Shown here piece after piece: positions 1 to 17,906 of a stretch of 64,000 nt of DNA (positions are counted from its first letter, which is position 1; each line of letters opens with the position of its first letter). The notes under the pieces were generated by a model. That model was not told where the DNA came from, did no database searches, and saw only the letters and a list, made by a program, of their open reading frames with translations. The stretch comes from the human T2T-CHM13v2.0 reference genome, Homo sapiens, in NCBI RefSeq assembly GCF_009914755.1, contig NC_060936.1; one strand, given 5' to 3'. The translations under genes were made by a program, and so were the position numbers.

Positions 1-325
<325 letters not shown>

Positions 326-567
326 TAAAATCTTTACAGAAGAAATGATATGATATTTGGGATTTGCTTCAGAATATTTCAGTGGAAGGAGAGCGAGTAG
401 TGTCAGGATGGCTAAACCATTAGATGAATTGTTGAAGCTGAAGGTGAGTACACATGACGTTATTATACTGTTCTTTGCACTTTTGTGTATATTTGACACT
501 TTTCATAAGAAACCTTTTTAAAGGCACTTTGAACTCAACATGTTTGTGAAAGTTAAGGTATAGATTC

Positions 568-880
568 AGCCGGTCACGATGGCTCACACTTGTAATCCCA
601 GCATTTTGGGAGGCCAAGGCAGGTGGATTACCTGACGTCAGGAGTTGGAGACCAGCCTGGCCAACATGGTGAAACCCCATCTCTACTAAAAATAACACAA
701 ATTAGCTGGACGTGGTGGCAGATGCCTGTAATTCTAGCAACTTTGGAGTCTGAGGCAGGAGAATTGCCTGAATCCAAGAGGTGGAGGTTGCGGTGAGCCA
801 AAATTGTGCCACTATACTCCAGCCTGGGCAACAAAAGCAAAATTCTATCTCAAAAAAAAAAAAAGAAGAAAAAGAAAAAA
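568..880 (+). mobile_element. Alu (S-like)
   Basis: Full dimer, A tail, TSD-like AAG(G/A)TATAG(A/T)TTC. Confidence 0.92.
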
Positions 881-1078
881 AGATATAGTTTCAGCCACAT
901 GAAAAGAGACCTAAAACAATACAACATAGTTTTAGAGGAGAAAAGCTCTTTTTCTCTCATGTAAAAGTCTAGCATAGGACTCTCCAGGGTCAGGGGCCCA
1001 AGTTCCTTCTATCTTGTTGCTCCACTATTCCTTTGCTCTTCATGGTCCCACATCAATCAATATCATATCACATTTTGA

Positions 1079-1573
<495 letters not shown>

Positions 1574-2516
1574 TAAAGACTTCTAATACTAGGAAGAGAA
1601 GGGATATTGAGAGGCAACTAACAGTCTCTGGCCTATTCTGCCCTTTTAGTCACCCAAATATGTATGTATACCTTCTTTCCACACATTGATTTCCTCTCTT
1701 GTGTCAGAAACTGCCAAACCGGCCAGTGTCTGTATCCAGCTCAAAGTTCACAGTCTCTGGTTAATTCTGTCCTCTTTCTAATGTCTGTATGCAATTCCTC
1801 ATGGTTTGGTAGCCTGTAAACTAAAACATGAGTTACCTGCCTCACACCTTACTTTTATAAATTATGGAGTAGGAATGGGATAGCTATTATTTTTTTTTTA
1901 ATTCTTTGAAAAAGAGAAGAATGGGAAACACACAGCAGCCTCAGGTTCATAGCAATCATCAAACCCCACAGAGCAGTAATCGCAAAGATTCCTGCCCTGG
2001 TAGCAGAGGAAGTCCCTAGATAATCCCACCTGGCACTTGTTCTTCCTGCTCCCTGGGCGGTGGTGAATGGGGGAAGCTTAGACTTCTCTAATGAATCCTT
2101 GTCCCTTCCTTTTCATGGCCCCAGGTTTGTCCTATGAGAAGTTCCTTTTCTCCATTCCTCTCTATGGCTGTATCTGAAGTATGCTTTGTAGAATATACCC
2201 TACTTGGGGCTGCCCAGTTTTCAAAAGAGGCTTCTGTGGTACAGGTTTGGGGGTCTTCATGCAACTAATCACACAGCCAAAGGTTTCCCCTAAACATTTA
2301 AAAAACTTCTTAACATTATTTTTTATTTTTGTGGGTACATAGGTATACTACACATTCCTTAAGTCAGAAGACTGATCTTTTATGGAAAAGACATGGAAAC
2401 AGATTCTCTGAAGGCATGCAGTCCTGCCAATGCCTTGATTGTAGGCCAGTGAGCTCCATTTCAGACTTCTGACCTGTAGAACTGTAATAAGTTTGTGTTG
2501 TGTTAAGCTATTAGGT

Positions 2517-2870
<354 letters not shown>

Positions 2871-2967
2871 CTATTAGTTAACACACGGAGCTGTGATACT
2901 ACCAAACCTGTAAGAGGTGAGTTGGAGAGATGAGAAGAGGCATGTTTGTGACAGCTCTGCCCTGGCT

Positions 2968-4110
2968 CTTTTTTTTTTTTTTTGGTGGGCGGGGAGGGGG
3001 GGCTGGGTCTCACACTGTCTCCCAGGCTGAGTGTAGTGGTGCGATCACAGCTTACTGTAGCCTCAACCTCCTGTGTTCAAGCAATTCTCCCACCTCAGCC
3101 TCCTGAGTAGCAAGGACCACACGTGTGCACCAACATGCCAGGCTAATTTTTTAATTATTTGTAGAGATGGGATCTCACTATGTTGCTTAGGCTGGTCTAG
3201 AACTCCTGGGCTCAAATGATCTTCCTCCTCAGGCTCCCAAAGTGTTGGGATTATAGGTATGAACCACCATGCCTGGCCTCCGCCCTGGCTCTTTGAGCAC
3301 ACCTTCTTGTGCCATATAGAGACCAGCACAATAAATCCAGCAGTAACAACCTCCCACCAAGTACAATTTGGACAGGCCGAGACTCTGGACTCCTCACTGC
3401 ATCTATTTATTTTTCTCCACTTTTAGATCTCTGGCGCGCGCGTGTGTGTGTGTGTGTGTGTGTGAGCGCGCGTGTGTGTGTGTGTGTGTTTTGAGACAGG
3501 GTCTCACTCTGTCACCCAGGCTGGAGTGCAGTAGTACGACCATAGTTCACCAAATCCTGGATATCCCAGGCTCAAGTGATTCTCCCACCTCAGCTTCCCG
3601 CGTAGCTGAGACTACAGCTGTGTGCTACCATGCCCAACTAAATTTTTTTTTTTTAAAGACAGTGTCTCGCTATGTTGCTAGGGCTGGTCTTAAACTCCTG
3701 GGCTCAAGCAATCCTCCTGCCTTGGCCTCCCAGAGTGCTGGGATTACAGGTATGACCTACTGTGCCCAGCCTGATTCCTGGCTTTTAAATTCCTGAAACA
3801 ACTCTCTAATTTCTAACTTTATTTGTTTTAAGAGATGAGTGTCATGTTGTTGCACAGGCTGGAGTGCAGTGCCACTACCACAGCTCACTGCAGCCTCAAA
3901 CTCCTGGGCTCAGTTGATACTCCTAACTCAGCCTCCTAAGTAGCTGGGACTACAGGTGCACCACTGCACCTGGCTATTTTTTTTTGTTGTTGTTGTTGTT
4001 GTTAGAGACAGGGTCTTGTTATGTTGCCCAGGCTGATCTGGAACTCCTGGCCTTAATCCATCCTCCCACCTCGGCCTCCCAAAGCACTGGGATTATAGGT
4101 GTGAGCCACC
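2968..4110 (-). mobile_element. Three tandem antisense Alus (~2968-3277, 3489-3771, 3816-4110)
   Basis: Alu consensus similarity. Confidence 0.88.
3434..3489 (+). repeat. Compound (GC)n(GT)n microsatellite
   Basis: gcgcgcgcgtgtgt...gagcgcgcgtgtgt adjoining an antisense Alu. Confidence 0.95.
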
Positions 4111-4539
4111 GTAATATCTGCCGCTGCCACTTGCCCTCAGGCTGCAAAGATCCAGATTTCTCTTCTCACTCAGCTCAGCTCTCTATATAACTGTGTTTGG
4201 CATGTTCCCTTGATTTCTGTGACATTTACAGCTTCAGGCAACAGACCTTCTCCCTCACCAGCCTTGGTGCTACAGAACTCCCACCAGCCTGGCTGGTCCT
4301 TAGGACTAAAGGAAGCAGAAATTTAGGGGAAAATGATGCACTGATTGGGGTATTGTGTTACCAAGGATTTAGCAGGAAAACATAGATTTGACCCATGAAA
4401 TATCCAAAAAGCACATAAATAACTGTAAAAGTCTATGACAAGTAAAAATTGTAATATGCTGCTCAAGCCTTATAAAACATAAATAAATGCCTATCTGCAT
4501 AGATTTCCTAAGACTGACTATACCATAAAGAATATAGTC

Positions 4540-5089
4540 AGGCAGGGGCACAGTGGCTCACACCTGTAATCCCAGCATTTTGGGGGGCTGAGATGGGAGG
4601 AGTGCTTGAGCTCAGGAATTCAAGACCAGCCTGGGCAACATGGGGAAACCCCATCTGTACAAAAATTAGCTGCGTGTGATGTTGAGCTCGTAGTTCCAGC
4701 TACTTGAGAGGCTGAGGCAGAAGGATCACTTGAGCCCAAGAAGTTGAGGCTATGGTTGAGCCATGATCACACCACTGCACTCAAGCCTGAGTGACAGTGT
4801 GAGATCCTGTCTCAAAAAAAAAAAAAAATGCAGTCATTGGGAGGCTAAGGCAGGAGGATTGCTTGCGACCAGGAGTTCGAGACCAACTTGGGCAATGTAA
4901 TGAGACTCCATCTCTACAAATATATTAAGAAATTAGCTGTACATGGTGTCACATACCTGTAGTCCCAGCTACTCTGCGGTGGGAGGATCACTTAAGCCCA
5001 GGAGATTGAAGCTGCAATGAGCCATGATCATGCCACTACACTGCAGCTTAGGCAACAGAGCAAGACCCTGTCTCAAAAAAAAAAAAAAA
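4540..5089 (+). mobile_element. Two tandem sense Alus (~4540-4828, 4838-5089)
   Basis: Alu consensus, A tails. Confidence 0.88.
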
Positions 5090-5764
5090 GGATATAATCA
5101 GCCCATTACTGGATATAATCAACATTACTAATTCATAAATTTGACTTAAGCCAAATATGCTAAGTATATAAATATTAATTACTAGTTAGACATTCAATTA
5201 ATGCTTTGCTGGTGGCTTTCTTGTATTTAATTTTGAGGAAAATCTAGGGGACCCAAGTTTTATTAAAAGTTATTCTCAAAAATAATTATTGTTGTAGTAT
5301 CTGTTATGGTTTAATGTCCCCAACACAACTCATGCTGAAATTTGTCGATGTAAAGGTAATTGGAGGTGGGGCCTTTGAAGGGCTCTGACCCCATGAAGAA
5401 ATTAATGCCAGTGTCCATGGGAGTAGGTTATTTTGTGGCTGGGCTCCTGATAAAATAATGGGTGCAACCATGGGATGACCCTTGCCAGATGTCAGCATCA
5501 TGCTTTGGACCCAGGCTGTGAAATTCTGTTATAGCAGCAAAATGCAAAGACAGCATCTGTAAGTGAAAAATTGTGAACAACCTAAATATCCAACAATAGA
5601 ACAATGGCTAAGTAAATTTGCATAGACATAAAATAAAGTATTTGATCATTCAAATTTATCTTTAAAAAAAATCTTAACTTAAAAAGTGTTTTATAATAAA
5701 TGAAGAAAGCAAGATGGAAAATGATACACAGCATTATCTCAACTTTGAAAAATTATGCATTGAG

Positions 5765-6040
5765 AGTTAGACACTGTAGCTTGTGCCTGTTAATTCCAAC
5801 TACTCAGGAGGCTGAGGTGGGAGGTTTGCTTGAGGCTAGGAGCTCAAGACTAGTCTAAGCAATGTAGAGAGACCCTGTTTCTAATGAAAATTTAAAAATT
5901 AGCCTACGCGGTGGTTTGTGCCTGTAATCCCAGCAAGAGTATCACTTGAGGCCAAAAGTTTGAGACTGCAGTGAGCTATGATGGCATCACTGCACTACAG
6001 TTTGCAGGATGAACTAAGACCTTGTGTCTAAAAAAAAAAT
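5765..6040 (+). mobile_element. Diverged Alu
   Basis: Alu consensus similarity. Confidence 0.8.
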
Positions 6041-6184
6041 ACATTGAGAAATATTAGGGTAAACCACAGAATGGATAATATATATACATTAATATATGTA
6101 TTAATATTTCTATAATAAATGTTGATATAGGAAGATATCTACATTGCATCATTGAGTGAAAAAGGGACATATATTATGATGCTA

Positions 6185-6448
6185 TTTTTTTTTTTTGAGA
6201 CAGGGTCCAACTCCTGTCGCCCAGGCTGGAATGCAGTGGCTTACTGTGGCCTTGACTTATGAGGCTGAGGTGAGTCCCACTTCAGCCTCCTGAGTAGCTG
6301 GGACTACAGATGCACACCACCACACCCGGCTAATTTTTTGTATTTTTAGTAGAGACAGGGTTTAGCCATGTTGCCCAGGCTGGTCTCAAACTCCTGGGCT
6401 CAACCAGTCTACCTGTTGGGATTACAGGAGGGAGCCACGGCACCCTAC
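6185..6448 (-). mobile_element. Alu
   Basis: TSD TATGATGCTATTTTT. Confidence 0.88.
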
Positions 6449-6779
6449 CTATGATGCTATTTTTAAAAAACAAATTATATGTGTACATGTGCATCAAAAT
6501 ATCTGAAAGAATATACATGAAAGATTTATAGGATTATTTCCAGGCATAAGGCTAATTTTCATTTCTTTTTGCTTTCAGCATTGTCTAAACTTCTTTATGA
6601 TTGTCATATATTAATAGATTAGTTTTCTACAGAATTTTAAAAATATATAGTTATTTCCAGTCAGGGGAAAAAAAAGAAAATATTGAAACAAAATACCCAA
6701 CATGTTAACAGTGGTTGCCTCTATACAGTAATTTATTTTCTTTTACCTTATACTTTTATGTTATTCATGCCAGCATTTC

Positions 6780-7066
6780 TTTCCTTCTTTCTTTTTGAGG
6801 AAGGGTCTTGCTCTGTTGCCTAGGCTGGAGTGCAGTGGTACAATCATGGCTTGACCTCCTGGGCTCAAGTGATCCTCCCACCTCAGCCTCTCAAGTAGCT
6901 GGGACTACTGGTGGACACCACCATGCCAGGTTAATTTTTGTATATTTTGTAGAGATGGGGTTTTGCATACTGCCCAGGCTGATCTCACACTCTTGGACTC
7001 GAATGCTCTTCCCACCTAGGCCTCCCAAAATGCTGAGATTACAGGTGTGAGCTACTGTGCCTGTCC
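6780..7066 (-). mobile_element. Alu
   Basis: Alu consensus similarity. Confidence 0.85.
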
Positions 7067-9759
7067 AATATTTCTTTAAAGGAGATATATTTAGTCCTTC
7101 AATGTAAATATTGTTTAAAAAAGAAAAGAAATATTAATAGAAATGTTATCTTAAATATATTTTTATTAATAATTACTCCTTAAATTTTCATTTATATGAT
7201 ATTATTATGCCTACATCACCTTCATTTTGGCTGATATTTGCTTCTTACACCCTTTATTTTTAACCCCTCTGTGAGCCTTTGTTTAGGTATGTGTCATGTA
7301 ATTTCAAGATCACATTGATTCTGATCATCTCTGTCTTTTAATTGTTGAGTTTAGCTTGATATGTGTTTGCCATGTGCCAATGTTTTCTGACACACTACCA
7401 TCTTATTTTGTGTTTTCTATTCACATTTTTGTATTTCTCTTTTTTCCTCCTTTCCTGGTTCCTGTTAGGTTAACAAAAGATTTCCATTAGCCCACTTTTT
7501 TTTTTTTTTTTTGTCACGGATGTCAAAAGCTATAGATTATATCTCTGGTTTTGCATGTTACCTTTAAGTTTTAAAGAACATATTTAACTTTATATTTTTA
7601 AACGATGTCTGACATTATTCGATAGTTCTATCATACTCCAGAACAGAACCTTAGCACAGACTATTTCTGTTTCACCTTCTTTAGCTGGGTCGCTTTTACC
7701 TAGATGTTTATTGCCTCACAGTTACAATATGGAGGCCGTAACTCCTTTAGGTATCAAGTTTACATTCAAGGCAGAAAAAAGGAGAAGAAAGGCTAAAAGT
7801 TATATCCATCCCATCGATTATGAAAGCAAAAATGTCCTTATATGCTACAAGTAGAATTCCAACTAGGTTGCATTGGTCAGAACCGAATCAAATGGCTACC
7901 CTAACTGCAAAGGAGGCTAGGAAAGGCAAGGCAATGAAAGTGTTTGCCAGTATATTAGAATTCCATTCCCACTGAGCAAAACTTGAAAATGGTGCCTAAA
8001 GACGGAACAAAATGCATCCCTTCTAAGGTCTTGCAGCAAGTCACCTCCCTTCCTTGTAAAATTAACACATTGGATTAGATTATCTTTGCTGGTGATATAT
8101 GGTAATGAGGGCCTGGATCAGAATAATAATAGCAGAATAGAACGTATTTGAGAAATATTGAAAGGAAAATTCAACGTAAACTGAATGAGACCAGGCTTTT
8201 CAATAATTTGTACTTTTCCTTTCCATTTTTTGCAACACTACCTAGTCAATACCTATATCTAAGTTCCAATTGCTTTTGCCCGTTTATTCTAAGATTTGTG
8301 TGGTAGAACCAGCAGTGCTTTACCATCAACCTTTTTAGGATTCAGTTTCATCTTCTGTGAAAAAAAAAAGGAAGCTGGGATTATATGTCCTTTTTAGCTC
8401 TGAAGTTTGTTGATTCTTTTTAACAATTCAATTCAGCCAACATTTATGAAATACTTTATACACCTAAGGCATTCTTCCAGATGCTATGGGTGTATAAAGA
8501 TGGATAGGATTTGTACTCTGACCTCAAGAGTTTACAATATAATAATTATGATTTAAAGATTTATCAACATCATCATCAACTATGTTCAGGCGTGCTCACT
8601 TCCAAAGCCTATCTGAACATTGTTAGAGCCTAGTGCACAGATATTTTGTAATTTGACCCTAGCTATTTCCATTTCCGCCTCCACGTAATTGAGGTTAAGA
8701 GTTTTTTGGAAGAAGAGAGACAGTATACAAAAAAGGAGCGGCAAGATTGGCTTCATTTTAATAGAGCCCATGAAAATGCAATGGAATAGGGTATGCAATA
8801 GCCTGTTAGTTAGAACCCATGCTTCACAATGGCTTACCAAGCAAGCTCTTGAGATGAAACATGTCTTGGTTCTGAGTGAGGAAGAGACTTTTTGTTTAAA
8901 CTTGCATAAGTGCTCCCTATTTATTGAACATTTTAATAACTAAATAGGCCATGTTGAAGGTTTAACCAAAGTTGAATAAAACACTTTAATCTCATCACTC
9001 CTGAGTTAGAATTTAGAACAGGGCAGGTACTGAGGTGAAGCCCAGTCTGGAACCTTCTCTGAACTTCCTAGTCTCCAAAAGTGGATTAAAGCTCTTTGAT
9101 CCCACAAGTGAACATACATGGGAGGTAACATTTTCTCATTTCTATTTTCTGTGCCAGATATTCTGCTCTGCCTCTTCAGATTCATTTCCCAAGCTTCTCC
9201 AGCCTACTCTTTGCCCCACGGGGTGATCTTTATAAACTCTATCAATGGTTACCTTGTCCCTTCTGATTTGGGTTCAACCAAGGGGAATGCCTATCAGGAG
9301 ATATAAGGTCAAGAGGAAGTAATATCAGGTATTTACCCCCCAGGTTCTCCCAACTGTGGGGCTCTACTGAAGGCTGAGGTTGAGTCAGGCATCCCTCTCC
9401 TATGATTACAGTTCTCCCTCTGGGTTTTGGTGACCGATTCCTCCCTTTGTCTCTTTAGGCTCCTAGCTGTTGCTTACCCTACAGAGCCTTATCCTCCCTT
9501 ATTATTTTCTCTTAATCCTGCCCCCATCCTCATAAATGGTTACTCCACCAAATTCTCCATTTTCCCTCTTCTGTGTGCCATCTGGCTCCTGCCAGGCTCT
9601 GACTGATACATTTTCCCAGGGAATTTCAAAGTAGCATCTGTGCTTCCAAGGATCACCAGCTCCCTCATCTCCCACACTGTACATAGAGTTTGTAATTTGA
9701 GTAGGTGCTTATGAGGCACTTATCTCAGGGGCTAGTAGATATTACTATATACTCAATAA

Positions 9760-9960
<201 letters not shown>

Positions 9961-10816
9961 TAGGTATTATTATCCCTATTTTTTTTTTAAAATAGGTCCC
10001 ATTGAGGTTAAGTAACGCTTGCTCAAAATGCACAGGAAGTGACAGAGTTGGATCTGAAACCAGTATCTATCACATGGAATCTTATCACACCACTTCTCAC
10101 CACATCATGATGGAATCTTACTTACATTTGTTTCCCTCAGCACTGCCTCCTAAAATGGCCCCCACAGAGCAGCACATTAAAAATATTTGTTGAATAGTGG
10201 AATGAATACATTCTGTCATCACTTACACATTTATTTAGTTACTATATATGTTGAGGGAAAAAATAAACAGTATGATTACTAGTTTTGAATCTCATTAGCT
10301 CATAAAAGTCAATTGGTGATGTTGAAAAATAGTCCCACTCCTATTGATGTTAATGTGTTTGCTGATATGCAGCCCTTCACTTGGACTTTACATTTGAATT
10401 TCACCTTCAGTAATTTCCAGAAACAAATCATTAAAACCACAAAGACAAGTATAATTTTACAAAGCACAAAAAAAGACCACTTGTAATAAGCAACACACTT
10501 TAAAGTCATGTTAAGAACTGTTTATTTTTCAAACACATGTTCATACAAGTGCTGAAAAAGTATCTTATGGTAAAGTACAGAGTAGCTTTCAGATGATTTT
10601 ATTTTTTAAATCGGGTGTGTGACTTATGATTACAAGTTTTAAATGCCAAACTCCATCCTGAGTCCAAATGTATGGTTATAATGCATAATAATATACCAAG
10701 TCTATGCTTTTTTATTTTAAAAAATAAAGTTACAAAATGTTTAAATTATAAAGTCAATAAATATATATTGTAACAATACTGAAAGCATAGAAATGTGTAA
10801 ATAAATACAAAAATAA

Positions 10817-11134
<318 letters not shown>

Positions 11135-11695
11135 CTATAATCACACTGCCCAAAACTAATAGTAACATTTGGATGTATTTTAATTCAATATTTTCTTTAT
11201 GAGATAAACTTTTCTTTTGACCAGTATCTGATCACCCTGGTAGTATGTACAAGAGCATGTGATATGGGCTTAATGTGCAGCCTCCAACTTAGAATCTGGA
11301 GAGAATGTGTGAAGGAACCAAATTCAGAGTTATATGAAGTGGCTACAGCTGTCAAAGTTGCAGCAGTCTATCAGTGAGTGACCACAAGTGGTGGAGAACA
11401 ATAAAGTGATATCAAGAGTCCAGTGACATGACACAAGTAGTAGCTTTCTAAGCAGTTTATCTCTGTGGCATGATCTTGACTCTATTATGCCTCATTTAGT
11501 TTCTGCCTGTTTTCTAAGCTTGGTTCTCAAGCTGCTTAGTCAATTTTGTGAGTTCACTGATAGTCTCACAATAAATCGCCTTACTGTTTATATCGGTTTG
11601 AGTCTTGTTTCTTTTACTTGCAGCTGAATGCATGTTAAATAATATATCAGTGTAAACTTCTGGATTTGCCAATGTTAGACCATTTTTAGCTATAA

Positions 11696-12049
<354 letters not shown>

Positions 12050-13708
12050 CTAACAGAATTTGGTAACAGGAATTGTGGTGCTTGAAATGTGGGATTGACT
12101 GAATCAAGGAGGGTCAGTAGAACATGGGATACACTTCTCCGAGCTTAGAATGTTTTTTAAATTTAGCCATAGTAAAATAATTGGTTTAATCAATTGTCTC
12201 TGAAGTGAGGTATACAAATCTATTCATCAGGATATTGAAAGTTACTCGATTATATACTTTTATATTTTTATTTTAAAAATTAAAAAATTTAGTTTAATAT
12301 ATGAATTGACACTGATGTCCTCACTCACTGATGTCAAATGGTTTCACATCACTAAGGGATGAGGCAGATATTAATCTAGGTTTTATGGGGCCTAATATTT
12401 CTATCCTTTGGGGGCTTTCTTAAAGAAAAAGAATTTTTTAAATGAATACAAAATAAGGTATGAACATAAATAGTTATTTAACAAGAAAAAACAGAAATTT
12501 CATGTGATTTTATCACAAAGAGAAAAAAGTGATCATTTTATGTGCCCCATTATTTAGTGTACTCCCTCCACTAGAGATTTCCATTTTGACTGGGCATTAA
12601 TGAAAACCATATCTTCCACTTACAATTTTGCATGTCTCATGATTAAACTACTTTTCCACCTATTAGCATCTGGCTCTAGACATTTTAAACAGTTTCTCCT
12701 CAACTGCACACATACTTCTAGAGTCTACCATGGTTGGGCATACTCAGATCACAATAGGATCCCTGGCCTTGTATCTTTATATTACGGAAGCTGTGTGAGT
12801 CAGCACAGTGGCAGTAAAAATATTTCTGGGAATTATTACTATACCAAGATGGCTAACAATAACTTACACAGATATTTCCTATTAAACCCAAAGTAAATGT
12901 ATCCCTTATTCAAATTCCACTTAGATCCAAAAAGATGCTGCTGCCCCTCCAACTCTACCCTACGTGAGGGGATTTATGACAGAGAGGAAAGTAGAGTGAA
13001 AGGAAATAGTGGTCTTAAATAAACTGTGGAAAGTACCCATGAAAGTGAGGAGTTTTGAATCATTAACTACTTTAGCTGCCCAGTAATCCCTCCTCTGGTA
13101 TTTGTGCAATTCCAAGGGAAGAGAAGTTCCACAAAGCAAAGGATTCTAAGGTGATTCCCTCAACCAGGCACATAATACATCTCACTTGCAGTGTAGTATG
13201 ATACATGGCAGTTTATGAGAGCCCACATATTTAGACTTACAGACCATATTTTCTAGATTACCTAAATTAACCGTCACAAAGTGCCCATGCCCAAGTATCT
13301 TATACAGTTTCCTAAAAAACCATGGTTCATAGCTAATACCAATAATGAAAGCACAGGTGAAAGACAAAAAAATGGCATGGCCAACGCTTGTGCTATTGCT
13401 GGTATGAATTTTTATCATCTGCGTAATGAGATCAAAGTGATAATGTAATCAGATTTAACAAGATTTGGTCCCAAAACATCAAAATTTTGACTATTTGATA
13501 GAGTGGCTGAATGTATAAAAAACAAGACCCATTGATCTGTTGCCTAAAAGAGACACACTTCATCTGTAAAGATACACATAGACTGAAAATAAAGAGATGG
13601 AAAAAGATATTCCATGCAAATGGAAACCAAAAAAGAGCAGGAGTAGCTATACTAATATCAGACAAAATAGATTTTAAGACAAAAACTATAAGAGACAAGG
13701 TCACTATA

Positions 13709-14089
13709 TGTATTAGTCTGTTCTCGCACTGCTATAAAGAAATGCCTGAAAATGGATAATTTATAAGAAAAGAGGTTTAATTGGCTTATGGTTCTGCAGG
13801 CTGTACAGGCTTCTGCTTCTGGGGAGGCCTCAGGAAACTTACAATCATGGCAGAAGGCAAAGGGGAAGCAGGCATGTCTGATATGGCCAGAGCAGGAGGA
13901 AGAGAGCAAGGGAGGAGGTACCACATACTTTTAAACAACCAGATCTCATGAGAACTCACTTATTATGATAACAGCAAGGGGGAAATCCACCCCCATGGTC
14001 CAGTCACCTCACACCAGGCCCTACCTCCAACATTGGGGATTATAAATTGACATGAGATTTGGGTGGGGACACAAGTCCAAACCATATCA
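13709..14089 (-). mobile_element. MaLR MST-type solo LTR inserted in L1
   Basis: TG...CA ends, CCAAACCATATCA terminus, perfect 5-bp TSD CTATA (13704-13708, 14090-14094). Confidence 0.92.
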
Positions 14090-15595
14090 CTATATAATGG
14101 GGTATATAAAGGGGTAAGTTCAGCAAGAGGATATACTCATTTTAAATGGATATGCATCCAACACTGGAGCACCAAGATACGTAAAGCAAATATTATTAGA
14201 GCTAAAGAGAGAGATAGGCCCCAATACAATAACAGTTGGAGACTTCAACACCCCACTTTCAGCATTGGACAGATATTCTAGACAGAAAATCACCAAAGAA
14301 ACATTGGACTTAATCTGCACTAGAGACCAAATGGATCTAATAGATACTTCCAGAACATTTCACCCAATAGCTGTAGAATAAATATTCCTTTCCTCAGCAT
14401 ATGGATCATTCTCAAGGATAGACAATATGTTAGGTCACAAACAAGTATTAAAACATTACAAAAATTCAAATAATATCCAGCACCTTCTCTGACCATAATG
14501 GAATAAAACTGGAAATTAATAAGAGGAATTTTAGAAACTATTCAAATACATAAAAATTAACCTATATCCTCCTGAATAACCAGTGGGTCAATGAAGAAAT
14601 TAAAGGGGAAATTGAAAAATTTCTTGAAAAAAATTTCAACAAAAACAACATACCAAAATATATGGTGTACAGCAAAACAGTACTAAGAAGGAAGTTTACA
14701 GCTATAAGTGCCTACATCAAGAAAGAGGAAAACCTTCAAATAAACAATCTAACAATGCATCTTGAAGAGTTAGAAAAGCAAGAGCAAGCTAAACCCAAAA
14801 TTAGTAGGAAAAAAAAGAAATAAAGATCAGAACAAGAACAAATAAAATTGAAATGGAAACAATACAAAAGGTCAAACTAAGAAGGAAGTTTACAGCTATA
14901 AGCACCTACATCAAGAAAGAGGAAAACCTTCAAATAAACAATCTAACAATGCATCTTGAAGAACTAGAAAAGCAAGAGCAAGCTAAACCCAAAATTAGTA
15001 GGAAAAAAAGAAAGATCAGAACATAAATAAATAAAATTGAAATGAAAACAATACAAAAGATTAATGAAACAAAAAGCTGGCATTTCGAAAAGTTAAACAA
15101 AATTGACAAACCTTTAGCTAGACTAAGAAAGAAAGAAGATACAAATAAATAAAATCTGAAATGAAAAAGGAGATATTAGAGCTGATACTGCAGAAGTTCA
15201 AAGGATTATCAGTGGCTACTATGAGCAACTCTATGCCAATAAATTTGAAAATCTAGAAGAAATAGACAAATGCCTAGATACATACAACCTAGCAAGATTG
15301 AACCAGGAAGAAATGTAAAACCAGAACATACCAATAACAAATAACAAGATTGAAGCTACAATAAAAAGCTCCCAGTAATGAAAAGCCCAAGACCTGAAGG
15401 CTTCATTGCTGAATTCCACCAAACATTTGAAGAAGAACTAATAACAATCTTATTCAAATTATTCCAAAAAATAAAGGCAGAGGAAATGCTTCCAAACTCA
15501 TTCTATCAGGCCAATATTACCTTGATACCAAAACCAGGTAAACATCAAAAAAAAAAAAAAGAAAAAGAAAACTATAGGCCAATGTCTCTGATGGG

Positions 15596-17094
<1,499 letters not shown>

Positions 17095-17906
17095 TAATAC
17101 ATTAAAAAGATCATTCATCATGACCAAGTGGGATTTATCCCTGTGAGGCAAAGATGGTTCAACATACACAAATCAATCAATGTGATATATCAGCAGAATG
17201 AAGGACAAAAAACATAATCATTTCAATAATTGCAGGAAAAGCATTTGTTAAAATTAAACATCCCTTTACGATAAAAACCCTAAAAAAACTGTGTGTAGAG
17301 GAAACATACCTCAACATAATAAAGGCCATATATAACAGGCTCACAGCTACTATTATATAGAATGGAGAAAATCTGAAAGCCTTTTTTCTAAGATATGGGA
17401 CACAACAAGGATGCCCACTTTTGCCACTGTTATTCAACATAGTACTGGAAGTCCTGGCTAGAGCAATCTGTCAAAAGAAATAAAGGGCATCCAAATTGGC
17501 AAGGAAGAAGTCAAACTATCCTTGTTTGCAGATGGTGTGATCTTATATTTGGAAAAATCTAAAGATTCCACCAAAAAAGTATTAGAATTGATAAACAAAT
17601 TCAGTAATTTGCAGGATACAAAATCAACATGCAAAAATCAGTAGCATTTTTTATGCCAACAGTGAACAATCTGAAAAAGAAATAAAAAAGTAACTCCATT
17701 TATAATAGCCACATATAAAATATAGAAACATCTCTATAGATCTTTCATTTCTTTGGTTAAGTTAATTCCTGGGTATTTAATTAAATAAAACTATAAAAAC
17801 TATAAAACACTGATAAAAAAATTAAAGAAGACACCAAAAATATGGAAAAATATTTGATGTTCATGGATTGGCAGAATCAATATTGTTAAAATGTCCATAC
17901 TACCAA

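Noticed and set aside
12360-13490. Possible hAT-family DNA transposon remnants
   Set aside because: Resemblance is from memory only; termini and family could not be fixed confidently.
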